Shown one piece after another: positions 30,473-45,955 of a stretch of DNA of 64,000 nt. The notes beneath the pieces were generated by a model, which made no database searches, was not told where the DNA came from, and saw only the letters and a list, made by a program, of their open reading frames with translations. This stretch comes from the human T2T-CHM13v2.0 reference genome, Homo sapiens. Position 1 is the stretch's first letter, and the number at the start of each line of letters is the position of its first letter. Location: assembly GCA_009914755.4 (NCBI GenBank), contig CP068257.2:2368001-2432000 (forward strand), written 5' to 3'. A program made the translations under genes and the position numbers.

Positions 30473-31062
30473 AATGTGGTATACTATTTGGCAGTAAAAA
30501 AAGAAAACCCTGTCATTTGTAAACAACATGGATGAACCTGGAGGACAATAGGTTAAGTGAAATAGGTCAGGCACAAAAAGACAAATATATCATGACATGT
30601 CTCCTACTGGTATGTTAAAAAGTTGATCTCATAGAATTACAAAGTACAATGGTGGGTATCAGAGCTAGGGGTAAAGGGGAGTTGCCGTGATGTTAATCAG
30701 AGGATATATACTTAGAGCTAGACAGAAGGAATACATTTCAGGAGATGTGCTGTAGAGCAAGGTGATTGTAATTGATGATGACATATTGTATTCTTGAGAA
30801 ATAGAAAGTTAATGTTATGTGTATTCACCACAAAGATGATAACTATGTGAGTTGATGTATTTGTTAATTAGCTAGATTTGACCTTTTCACAATGTATGCA
30901 TACTTTGTCCCTCACATAGGATTCCAGAACGCTACTGCATTGGTCTGAATGTTTGTCCATCACATTTTACATTACAAAAAACTTGCAATGTCATATGTCA
31001 ATTAAAAATAAATATTAATAAAGTAATTTTAAAAAGACAAAAAGTAAAAGAAAAAAAACACA
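30473..31062 (+). mobile_element. older L1 (L1PB/L1M-like) 3' end (ORF2 C-terminus, 3' UTR, poly-A) with a 54-61 nt inverted satellite filler at 30904-30963
   Basis: aatgtggtatactatttggcagtaaaaaaagaaaaccctgtcatttgtaaacaacatggatgaacctggaggacaataggttaagtgaaataggtcaggcacaaaaagacaaata...gtgagttgatgtatttgttaattagctagatttgaccttttcacaatgtatgcatac...tttgtcaattaaaaataaa then an A-rich tail. Confidence 0.75.
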
Positions 31063-32430
31063 CCACAGCAGCAGTGTTCTGGAATCCTGTGTGAGGGACA
31101 AACATTCAGATGCCAGCAGCAGTGTTCTGGGATCCCATGTGATGGGCAAACATTCAGACATTCCCAGCAGTGTTCTGGAATCCTATGTGTGGGACAAACA
31201 CTCAGACCCCAGCAGCAGTGTTCTGGAATCCTATGTGAGGTACAAACATTCAGACCCTGGAATCAGTGTTCTGGAATCCTATGTGAGGGACAAATATTCA
31301 GATCATTGCATTAGTGTTCTGGAATCCTATGTGAGGGAAAAACTTTCAGACCACAGCAGCCATGTTCTGGAGTCCTATGTGACAGACATTCAGACCCTCG
31401 TAGCAGTGTTCTGGAATCTTATGTGAGGGACACGCATTCAGACCACAGCAGGAGGGTTCTGGAATCCTATGTGAGGGACAAATATTCAGACCCTCATAGC
31501 AGTGTTCTGGAGTCTTATGTGAGGGACAAACATTCAGACCCCGGCAGCAGTGTTCTGGAATCCTATGTGAGGGACAAACATTCAGACCCCAGCAGCAGTG
31601 TTCTAGAATCCTATGTAATGGACAAACATTCAGAACCTCGTAGCAGTGTTCTGGAATCCTATGTGAAGGACAGACATTTAGACCCTCGCAGCAATGTTCT
31701 GGAATCCTATGTGAGGGAGAAACATTCAGACCCTCGCAGCAGTGTTCTGGAATCCTATGTGAGGGACAAACATTCAGACCCCAGCAGCAGTGTTCTGGAA
31801 TCCTATGTGAGGGACAAACATTCAGACCACGGCAGCAGTGTTCTGGAGTCCTATGTAATGGACAAATATTCAGAACCTCGTAGCAGTGATCTGGAATCCT
31901 ATGTGAGGGACAAACTTTCTGACCCCAGCAGCAGTGTTCTGGAATCCTATGTGAGGGACAAACTTTCTGACCCTCGTATGTGTTCTAGTATTCTATGTGA
32001 GGGACAGACATTCAGATCCCAGCATCAGTGTTCTGGAATCCTGTGTGAGGGACAAACATTCAGACCCCAGGAGCAGCGTTCTGAAATCCTAAGTTAAGGG
32101 TAAACATTCAGACCCCAGCATCAATGTTCTGGAATCCTTTGTGAGGGACAAACATTCAGACCCTCGTAGCAGTGTTCTGGAATACTGTGTAAGGGACAAA
32201 CATTCAGACCCCAGGAGCAGCGTTCTGAAATCCTAAGTTAAGGGTAAACATTCAGACCCCAGCATCAATGTTCTGGAATCCTTTGTGAGGGACAAACATT
32301 CAGACCCTCGTAGCAGTGTTCTGGAATACTGTGTAAGGGACAAACATTCAGACCTCAGGAGCAGCGTTTTGGTATCGTATGTGAGGGACAAACACGCAGA
32401 CCCCAGCTGCCATGTTCTGGAATGCTATGA
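31062..32430. repeat. 48-bp tandem satellite, block 2 (about 28 monomers)
   Basis: same monomer as block 1; the array ends at ...gttctggaatgctatga|ttgggtttatactg, which aligns to ...gttctggactcttacgattgggcctcattg in paralog B. Confidence 0.95.
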
Positions 32431-35090
32431 TTGGGTTTATACTGTGAACCTCAGAAGTGTTCCTCTGTTTAATTAATTTTCTGCCTTAGGTGGAACATGA
32501 CTAGAATGGGCTACAGTGGAAGGGGTAATTCCCTTCCCCTAGGTTATTTAGTCTCTGATTATACTAGAGCAGATTAGGCTGAAGTTAAGTAGTTTCTCCT
32601 GTGGACAAGCCTTGTTAAGAACCAGGTACTCTGGCACATTTCAAACTGGTTTTCCTTTTTCCTTCCCAAAGGTAGAAGCAGGAGGGGAGTTTTCTCAGGT
32701 ATTTGTCACAGGAGCCTGGTGAAGCCCCATGAGACAATTTTACAGTATTGTTCCCCCTCCCCCCACAATAACTCTATCTCTTTGTAGTTTTTACCACTTA
32801 GAGTTGTCCACGCGGATCCTCCAGCCGTTCACCAGTTACGGTTTGAGTTTTTCTACTCCAGCACTGGTTCCAAGGTTGGTTTCAGTAGTGAGTCCATGTT
32901 CCTGTAAGCCATTAAGTCCTATATTCATTTCTCTGTCTCTGCAATCCTGGGGGAAGTGGTTTGCCCTGTGTCCTCCCCTGAGATTCAAATCTAGAAACAA
33001 TTGTGGATTTTTTAGTCTCTTCAGCTTTTTATTTGTTGTTAAGATTAATTGTGTCATATTAATTTGTTGTTAAGCTTGTTATAAAAATTAATTATTGTAA
33101 AGTAATTATTGATTACCTCCAAGCTTCTTACATGCAGAAATAGGAACCTGGAATGTGTTTCTAAAACTATCTTCTCAATGCCTATGTGCACAGTTAAAGG
33201 ATTTTTTTCCACAGGAATATGGTCATGATGAATTATATTAGACTTCTTAATATTGAACTTTTCTTTATTCGTGGAATAAACTCAGAAAGTTCCTTCTTGG
33301 TCTTCACAGTCTATTTCTCTTCCTCTGTAAATGTTAGTGTTTCTGTAGATTCTGTACTTGTTTCTTTTATTCTTTCCTTCTCTTATTTTCATTTGGTCTC
33401 ATGGATTCAGGTACCATTGAAATTCTGGTAATTTCCAAATCTTTATCTTTAGTTTTGATCTCTCTTCTGAACCACTGGAGCCATATTCCCAATTGCCAGT
33501 TGAACATTCCCACATATGGAACCTCAGATGCTTCACACATGATATGTCCAGGTTTGTGTCACTTCTGGTTATCATATTCTTTTATTTCTTTGCAAATTTC
33601 ACTTCACAACACAAGTACCAAACTAGCTGGATCAGGGCAGATAACTTGGAAACAAAACTCCCCTTTTTACCCACTGCACAGCAAATTGGACCAAATCCTG
33701 TTTCTACATTTTTTTCCTTTTAAGAACTGCTTCCCTATTGTGTATTCTTACACTCCGTGTCCTGATGTACTGATGTAGGTGGTCATCTGTCTTCCTCTTT
33801 ACTCCCTTCTGGCTTTCCCTTAAGCCCTTTCCCATTCTCTTTCTCAGGGATGGCTGTTAAAATGCCAATATGGTCATGTAACTTTTCTGTCCTTACTGGA
33901 CCTCCTTATTTACACCTGCTTGTGAAGTGGCTGTGTTCACCCTGGGTGGATACAGCAATTTTTTGTCCTGTAGGAAGGAAATTTTGAAATGCCAGTGTAT
34001 ATGATTTTAATTAAGTATACTCACCCTTTTGTATCCATGGGTTTTGCATCTGCGGATTCAGCCAACTTCAGATTGAAAATATTCCCACAAAAATAGATGG
34101 TTGTCTCTGTGCAGAGCATCTACAGAAATTTTTCTTGTCATTATTTCCTAAACAGTGAAATATAACACCCATTTATGTAGCATTACATTGTCTTCAGTAT
34201 TATATGTAATCTAAAGATTTAAAGTTCAGTCGTGCATGGCTTACTGATGGGATTACTTTCTGAGAAATGCATCTTTAGGTAATTTCATTGTTTTGTGAAC
34301 ATCATAGTGTTACAAAAACCTACATGGTATGTATATTTTTATTTATATGTTTTTGGAATATGGGTAACCAGATGGCTCAGAGCCATTATTGAATATCATT
34401 TTCTGCACTTCATCTGCAATGCCAATATCAGGTTTCTGTGTATGTTTCATCATCATCTTATGGGACTATTTTGATATACATGTTTCATCATTGGCTGAAA
34501 TGTTATTATGCAGCTCATGACTGTATACAGGATGATGTACATAAGTTATATGTAAATATGAGACTTGTTTATATAAGAGAGTTATCCAATCTGTGGATTT
34601 TGGTATCTGGGTCTATCTTGGAATCAGTCCCCTTGGATACTGAGGAAGTAATGTAATGTAAAAATGATAGGTGCATAAAAATTTTTGAAATTAGGTCAAA
34701 TATTTAAATGCAGAATCACTGCATAATCAATTCCTTAAATATTGCATTTAGCTTTCATCACTGACCAGGATCATTCATCTAGGCATGGTGCTGTCCAGAG
34801 TTCCATTAAAGTAGTGTGTGTTCTCTTTGCCTTTGTCAGTAGACTTCTGATACTTTCTCATAGTCATGAGAATTCATGGTTCATGTGGAAGAGCCAAACA
34901 CCTGATTTTTCAGTAAAGTGGAACCTCATGATGCAAAAGAAACAAAATTTATTTTCTCCTTCTCTCTTATCTTAGTCTGCATTGAACTTGTGTCTCAATG
35001 AGTTCACCTAAACATTATTCCCAGTATGTGTTTATACTTATATATTCATAACCAAATCATGAGCTCCTTTGAGGAGTAGAATTTTATTCC
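32430..35090. other. low-copy flank of duplicated segment A (homologous to 44530-50040)
   Basis: alignable blocks include gaagcaggaggggagttttctcaggtatttgtcacaggagcctggtgaagcc ~ gaagcaggaagccagttttctcaggtatttgccacaggagcctggtgaagct, and ttctactccagcactggttccaaggttggtttcagtagtgagtcc ~ ttctactccagcactggttcctaaggtggtttcagtagtgagtct. Confidence 0.8.
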
Positions 35091-35300
35091 TCTTTTTTTT
35101 TTTTGAGAGATAGGCTCTCTGTTGGCCAGGCTGGAGTGCAGTGGTGTGATCATCACTCACTGCACTGTCAAACTCCTGGGCTTGAGCAATCCTTCAGCCT
35201 CAGCTTACAGAGTAGCCAGGACTACAGGCATCCAGCATTATGCCTATTTTTTTTTCTTACTTTTGAAGAGAGAGGGTCTTGCATTTTGTTTATACTTTTA
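35090..35300 (-). mobile_element. Alu, truncated
   Basis: poly-T then gagagataggctctctgttggccaggctggagtgcagtggtgtgatcatcactcactgcac... Confidence 0.8.
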
Positions 35301-35521
35301 TCCCTAGCAACAAGGGTGGTTCTAGATCTATAAGGTGAACTTTGTAATACAATTTTATTAATTCATAAGTTATTACAGTGGAAGCATATTTCTACTGTGA
35401 TTACTCCTTCTCCCACCATAAACAGTACAAAACAAACTACGTCTTATCTAAAATACATATAAGACACATGGACACACAAAAGAGTGAATTCCCAGATTCT
35501 TGTTTTTTGACCCTGGGCTGA

Positions 35522-35671
<150 letters not shown>

Positions 35672-35913
35672 TGAGTGAAACTTCCCAGTAACTCCCAGGA
35701 ATGTGTTTTGTTGTTGGTAAATATAGAAACCCTTTTAAGGTATAATAATATTTACTTGTAGGATTCTGGTTGATGAAAAATGTGTCATTACTCTGTAATG
35801 AAATGTTCAAATTGGCTCCTTCATTACACAGTCCCTGAAGCCCAGCTCTTGTCATTCTGAAAAGGATTTGACTTAGTGATTTGACAAAGTATTCCATTGT
35901 TTCTCATTACCAG

Positions 35914-36006
35914 GGCATTGCATTACCAAACCTGAGATGATCTTCAAGCTAGAACAAGGAGCAGAGCCATGGATAGTAGAAGAAACCCCAAACCTGAGAC
36001 TTTCAG
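35914..36006 (+). CDS. KRAB-B box exon (93 bp) of the zinc-finger gene
   Basis: acceptor ttctcattaccag|GG, donor TTTCAG|gtcagt; encodes (G)HCITKPEMIFKLEQGAEPWIVEETPNLRLS. Confidence 0.65.
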
Positions 36007-36454
36007 GTCAGTCAGTGAATACTGGGGAGGGAGGCCTGGAGGAGTAATGCCCAGCAGATTTTGGTAGTGTTATCTTGTTTTCACCACTTTTTTCCCTAGG
36101 TCTTCGACCTGAAGACTGTTGGTCTGTATTAAATATCCATTATATAGTCCCCAGGGGTAACTCTCATGCATATATCCCAGTCTCTTATTTTTCTGAGTAT
36201 CTTCTTCTATTTACCTCAAATCCAATCCCTGCCATCCTCTCTTTAGGCCTTTTTCTTTGCTATTTATTTTCTCTATTTCCCCCTTTTCCTCTATTCTGAT
36301 GTAGTGTCTTAAAAAATTTTTTAGACATTCATGCATTTATTTATCCTTTGAATGTATCTTAGGCGATTTTTGAGAATCAGTCATTATAACAATGATGATG
36401 AAAATAGTGTTTCTTTTTAAGCTGTAGCTTTATTCTTCTTGTTTTATTTTTTAT

Positions 36455-36690
36455 TAAACAGATGGTTCTCACTCTGTTTCTCAGACTCAAGTGCAGTGGC
36501 ATGATTATAGTTCACTGTAACGATGAACTCCTGGGAGCAAGTGTTCCTCACAGCCTAGCCTCCCAAGTAGGTAGGACTACAGGTGTGTGCCACCACACCT
36601 GGCTAATTTTTTATTGTTTGTGGAGATGAGGTCTTGTTCTATTGCCCAGGCTGGTCTCAAACTTCTGGCCTTAAATGATCCTTGTAGACT
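36455..36690 (-). mobile_element. old Alu (AluJ/FLAM-like), intronic
   Basis: ggttctcactctgtttctcagactcaagtgcagtggcatgattatagttcactgtaac...ggtgtgtgccaccacacctggctaat. Confidence 0.75.
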
Positions 36691-36719
36691 CCCACCCACA
36701 CACACAAAAAAAATAGTAG

Positions 36720-36885
36720 GTGAGTATGGTGACATGGGTTTGTAATCCCAGTTTTTATACTTGGGAGGTTGAGGTGGAAGGATTGCTTGAGCTCAGGAGT
36801 TTGAAGCTTCAGTGAGCTATGATAGCAACACTGCACTCCAGCCTGGGTAACAGAGTAAGATCCTGTCTCAGAAAGAAATTATGAA
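36720..36885 (+). mobile_element. Alu right-arm fragment, intronic
   Basis: gggaggttgaggtggaaggattgcttgagctcaggagtttgaagcttcagtgagctatgatagcaacactgcactccagcctgggtaacagagtaagatcctgtctc. Confidence 0.75.
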
Positions 36886-37943
36886 ACTGAGGAGAACCCA
36901 TCATAGGGGCCTGGATAGGGGTGGTGCTGGACTTGGGAGGATAACCAGAAGATTCTCGGTCTCAAGTCCAAAGAAACCAATGATTTCCTGTTGAAGGGCT
37001 CAGATTTCTGTTTGAGAGTGGAGTTTGTAGTTATCATTTGAAGATGAGAAATGTACAGGAAACTTCATTTTTATATATAACTGTGTGACATCTGAAACTC
37101 CAAAACACAAAATAAAACCCTTCAAAAATGGTGAATTATCAAGCAGGGGTGTGTGAGTGGAGAGGGACAGAGCTGTTGATCTCAGAAGGAACCAGAAATA
37201 CACTTTTCAAAGATGACGAGCACAGCCTGAGTTGCAGAACCAATCCTTCAGATCACCAGTATGGTTTTTTGACTGGAGGTTCTTTGCCTATTATGGTTCT
37301 GGGAAGCAGGAGATGTCATGTTTAAGTAGGAATTTGCCAGGATCTGTTTTTGTTTAACATGGGGAATAAGAGATTTTCTGCTTGGAAAACCTCCAGACAC
37401 ATTTAACCATTCTCAGGGAGGAGTGAAAAGTTAACATATAGGCAAAATCCTGTCTACAAGCTACTTCCATGCTTAGGAGACAGAAAAATGGCCATCTCCT
37501 GTACCTGCCAGTTGCTGACCCAAGAAAAACTGGCTATTTTCAAGGAATAATGATGAAAAAATAGCAACTACTAAAACAGCCACTATTGTTATATGAATAA
37601 ATAGAAAAAAAAGAGAGAAAACAAATGACGGATAATGAGCACTTATTAAAACCTATGAGTAGGAAGTAGATGCATATTATTACCAAATAATTCTTTGTGA
37701 AATAAAAAAGAAAAGGAAAACTTCAAAATGCAAAGAAAAACTCAATTGAACATTAGAAAATATACTGATTTATTACATGATGTCAGAAGGAACAGGAACC
37801 ATATGCATATAAAACCAATACCCATTATTAATTTTTATCAAATCTTACTCCACTGGGATAGGAAGTAATTTTTTTCACCTTTACACAAGCATTCTTTAAG
37901 ACATGCTCCTGTGTGGTTCATGGATACGTTTTTCTCATTTCAG

Positions 37944-39945
<2,002 letters not shown>

Positions 39946-39999
39946 TCTCCATGCTCAGTCTAGGAGAATATGGACACAAATGGTGACCATTACCTCCTG

Positions 40000-40932
40000 A
40001 CCTACCAACAAGAAGGTTATAACCATGCTGTAACAGAAGTGCTATCATGCAGGCTTTCTTGTTCCCATTTTTACAGCACACTTCACACTTTAATGTCACA
40101 GATATGGCTGTTTTCCTAGAAGCTCATGTACCAACCTCTGCCAGCTTCAAACATTTCTTCTGCAACTTTCTCACCTCTCTTCTCCTCCATAGAATTGAAG
40201 AGAGTTAGGGCCTTTCTCAGGATTAGGCTTTGTCTCAAGGGAATTTTGGGGCTGGTTTGATCTTCTATGCAGACCACTCAGACTTTCTCTGTGTCAGTAA
40301 AAAATCTGGTTTTTTTTTAAATCATTCATGTGTTCACTGGAGTAGCACCTATAACTTCCTTCAAGAACTTTTTGTTTCCATTCACAACTTGGGTAGCTCA
40401 TGCAAAAAGCTTATCTTTGGCCTGTCTTAGCTTCTAACATGCTTTCTTCACTAAGCTTGATGATTTCTACCTCTTGATTTGAAGTGACAGATGTGAACAC
40501 TTCTTTTCACTTGAATACATAGTGGCCACTGCAGACTGGAGGGGCCTAATTTCATTGTTGTATCTTGGGGAACGGGGGGCTGGAAGAGAGAAATGGAGAT
40601 AGGGAAATGACTAGCCAATGAAACAGTCAAACACAACACTTTTCCATCGTTTTTACTGTCTTCCATAGATTTCCACCACTCTGAGACAATTCCAATAGTA
40701 ACATCAGAAATCACTGATCACAGATCATCATAACAGATGTGATAACTAAAATCTTTGAAAGATTGTGGGGATTGCCAAAACATGTGACACAGATGTGAAG
40801 TGAGCACACGGTGTGGAAAAATGGTGCTGATCAGACTTACTGAGAACTTTGTGGCCACAAATCTTTAATTTGTTAAAAAGGTGATGTTTCCAAGCTAAAT
40901 AAAGTGAAGCTCGATAAAGTGAGGTGTGCCTC
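40000..40932 (-). mobile_element. Tigger1 3' portion, paralog-B copy (orthologous to 17150-18347)
   Basis: ctcacctctcttctcctccatagaattgaagagagttagggcc...ttcactggagtagcacctataacttccttcaagaac...tgtggccacaaatctttaatttgttaaaaagg. Confidence 0.85.
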
Positions 40933-41144
40933 TATTTTGATGAGCTCTAGCAATTTGTCTTTTCACTGGTGCATTTAGACCATGACATTCAAAGTGATTA
41001 TACAGTTGGGTTAATTTTGCCATATCATTTTCCATTCACTCCTATTGTTCTTTGTTCTTGGTTTGTCCTCCACTCTTTTTCTGCCTTTTATGGAGTTGAT
41101 GATTTTATATGATTTTTGTTTCCTCTCATTGCTTTTTATTTTTT

Positions 41145-41530
41145 AATTGAGACAGCAGTCACCCAGGCTGGAGTGCAGTGGTGTGATCATGGCTCCCTGC
41201 AGCCTCAACCTCGTGGGTTCAAGTGATATTTCCACCTCAGCCTCCCAACTAGCTAGGACTACAAGTAAGTCATTAGCTAGGACTACAAGTATGCAATTAG
41301 CTAGAACTACAAGTATGCAATTAGCTAGGACTACAAGTATGCAATTAGCTAGGACTACCAGTACGCAATTAGCTAGGACTACAAGTATGCAATTAGCTAG
41401 GACTACAAGTATGCACCACAATACCTGGCCTTTTCTTTTTTGTAGGGACGGGGTCTCACTGTGTTGCTCAGGATAGTCTCTAACTCCTGGACTCAAGCCA
41501 TCTTTCTACCTTGGCATGAGCCACTATACC
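41145..41530 (-). mobile_element. Alu carrying an internal 24-bp minisatellite (7 units at 41262-41420)
   Basis: ctaggactacaagtatgcaattag repeated inside ...cagcctcccaactagctaggactacaagta...gcaccacaatacctggcc; seen as the ARTTSMQL x7 peptide in ORF 41147-41476. Confidence 0.9.
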
Positions 41531-41782
41531 TGGCCTGTTTTCTCTTTTTAGTATTTTTATACTTTGGTTTTTCCTAGTTGCCCTGGAGTTTGCAGTATAG
41601 ACTTGCAACAAATCCAAGTCCACCTTCAAATAACACTATACCAGTTCAGTTACTTTGACTGCCTTCTAAAAGAAATGTAATAGCTGTTTCTCTCATATTC
41701 CCATCTCTTGTGTTATTGTTGCCATTTGTTTCACTTATATGTAAGCATACATAGCCTTGTATATATTAAAGCATGTAATTGG

Positions 41783-42115
<333 letters not shown>

Positions 42116-42151
42116 TTATATGTTAGGTGAATTAAGAATAAAAAGTAAGCA

Positions 42152-42467
<316 letters not shown>

Positions 42468-42517
42468 TTACCACCACTTATTCCTTCTCTAATGTTCTTT
42501 TTAAAATGTAGATTCAG

Positions 42518-42825
42518 GTGGGTGTAGTGGCTCACACCTGTAATCCCAGCACTTTGGGATGTTGAGATGGGTGGATCACGAGCTTAGGAGTTCAAGACCA
42601 GCCTGGCAAAGATGGTGAAACACTGTCTCTAATAAAAATACAAAAAAATTAGCCAGGCATGGGGGAGGGCTCCTGTAATCCCAGCTACTTAGGAGGCTGA
42701 GGCAGAGAATTGCTTGAACCTCGGAGGCAGAGATTTCAGTGAGCCGAGATTGTGCCACTGTGCTCCAGCCTGGACAACACAGTGAAACTCAGTCTCAAAA
42801 TAAATAAATAAAAGTAAATAAAGTG
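42518..42825 (+). mobile_element. Alu (SINE)
   Basis: ggtgggtgtagtggctcacacctgtaatcccagcactttgggatgttgagatgggtggatcacgag... Confidence 0.9.
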
Positions 42826-42859
42826 TAGATTCAGTTTTCAGATGCGTATCTTTTTTTTG

Positions 42860-44100
<1,241 letters not shown>

Positions 44101-44154
44101 GGTAAAAGGAACTACTGTAACAGTGCATCCTGTAATGATGGGAAGCTCTGGAGG

Positions 44155-44505
44155 GGAGGGGAAGCTGTCTTAGTCCATCCACCAGCATAACTTAGAGCAA
44201 GTAATTTGTAAACAACAGAAATTTGTTGTTCAGTTTGGAGGCTATAAAGTCCAAAGTCAAGGTTCCAAGAGATTCAGTGTTTGATGAGACCCATTCCTCA
44301 TAGATGGTGCAAGCTATATGTCCTCTCATGTTGGAATGGACAAAGAAGCTTCCTTTGGCCTCTTTCATAATTGCACTAATCCCAATCAGGATGACTTTGC
44401 CATTACCTTTCAAAGGCCCCACCCCTTAATTCTAGTGCATTGGAGACTTGGTTTCAACAGGCACATTTTGCAGGGTGTCGAGCAGGGAACAAATGTTCAG
44501 ACCAT
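44155..44505 (-). mobile_element. MaLR/ERVL-type solo LTR (MLT/MST-like), complete through its terminus
   Basis: tgtcttagtccatccaccagcataacttagagcaagtaatttgtaaacaacagaaatttgttgttcagtttggaggctataaagtccaaagtcaagg...ccaaaggccccaccccttaattctagtgcattggagacttggtttcaacag...gggaacaaatgttcagaccatagca is the reverse complement of TGCTATGGTCTGAATGTTTGTGTCCCC...GGACTAAGACA. Confidence 0.7.
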
Positions 44506-44530
44506 AGCAGAAGTGTTCTGGACTCTTACG
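44476..44530. other. single-copy progenitor-like unit of the 48-bp satellite (LTR terminus plus about 22 nt of flank)
   Basis: gagcagggaacaaatgttcagaccatagcagaagtgttctggactcttacga compared with monomer gagggacaaacattcagaccacagcaggagtgttctggaatcctatgtga. Confidence 0.75.
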
Positions 44531-45115
44531 ATTGGGCCTCATTGTTTAAGTGAGTCTCTGCTTTTGGACTATGAACTTCACATGTCTTTCTCTGTTTTTG
44601 TCTTCCCCTTTAGGGATGACTGGAGTAGGCTGGAGTTGGGTACTTCCCTTCCAGAAGGTCATTTAGGATCTGATTATATGAGAGCAAGTTAGGCTGAGGT
44701 TCAGTAATTTCTCCTGAGGACAAGTCTTGTTAAGAACAGGGTGCTCTGGCATATTTTAAGATGGTTTTCCTTTTTCCTTCCCAAAGTTGGAAGCAGGAAG
44801 CCAGTTTTCTCAGGTATTTGCCACAGGAGCCTGGTGAAGCTCCAGGAGGTAAATTTTACAATATTATGCTCCTTCATAACTGGATATCCCTGGCGTTTTT
44901 ACCTCCTTGAGTTCTCCATAATGGAACCTTCAGCAATTCACCAGTTATAGTTCAAGATTTTCTACTCCAGCACTGGTTCCTAAGGTGGTTTCAGTAGTGA
45001 GTCTCTGTTCATGTAAGCCATAAATTCCTATATTCACTTCTCTATCTCTCCAATCTTGGGGGCAGTGGCTTGCCCTATGTCCTCTCTTCACATTCAAATC
45101 CAAAAAGGATTGTAG

Positions 45116-45290
<175 letters not shown>

Positions 45291-45317
45291 TTTTCATGTG
45301 TTGTTAAGATGGACTGA

Positions 45318-45536
<219 letters not shown>

Positions 45537-45955
45537 TGAGGCAGAGCTCACTCTGTCATCCAGGCTGTAGTGCAGTGGCTTGATCTTGGCTCACTGCAAC
45601 CTCCAACTCCCAGGTTCAAGAAATTCTTCTGCCTCAGCCTCCCAAGTAGCTGGTACTACTGGCAAACACAACCACACTTTTCTAATTTTTGTATTTATAG
45701 TAGAGATGGGGTTTTGCTATGTTGGCCAGGTGGGTCTCAAACTCCTGACTTCAGGTGATCCACCCAACTCAAGCTTCCAAAGTGCTGGGGTTACAGGTGT
45801 GAGCCTCCATGCCCAGCCTAATTTTTTTATTTTTAGTAGAGATGGGGGTTTGCCATGTTGACCAGGCTGGTCTTGAACTTCTGACTTCAGGTTATCTGCC
45901 CACCTTGGTCTCCCAAAGTGCTGGGATTACAGGCATGAGCCACTGCACCTGGCCA
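45537..45955 (-). mobile_element. about 1.5 Alu copies (absent from paralog A)
   Basis: gaggcagagctcactctgtcatccaggctgtagtgcagtggcttgatcttggctcactgcaacc...gtgagcctccatgcccagcc...ggcatgagccactgcacctggcc. Confidence 0.85.

Noticed and set aside
20300-32430. CRISPR-like array (regular direct repeats)
   Set aside because: This is a primate sequence. The repeats are contiguous with no unique spacers, and the period of 48 has no repeat-spacer alternation.
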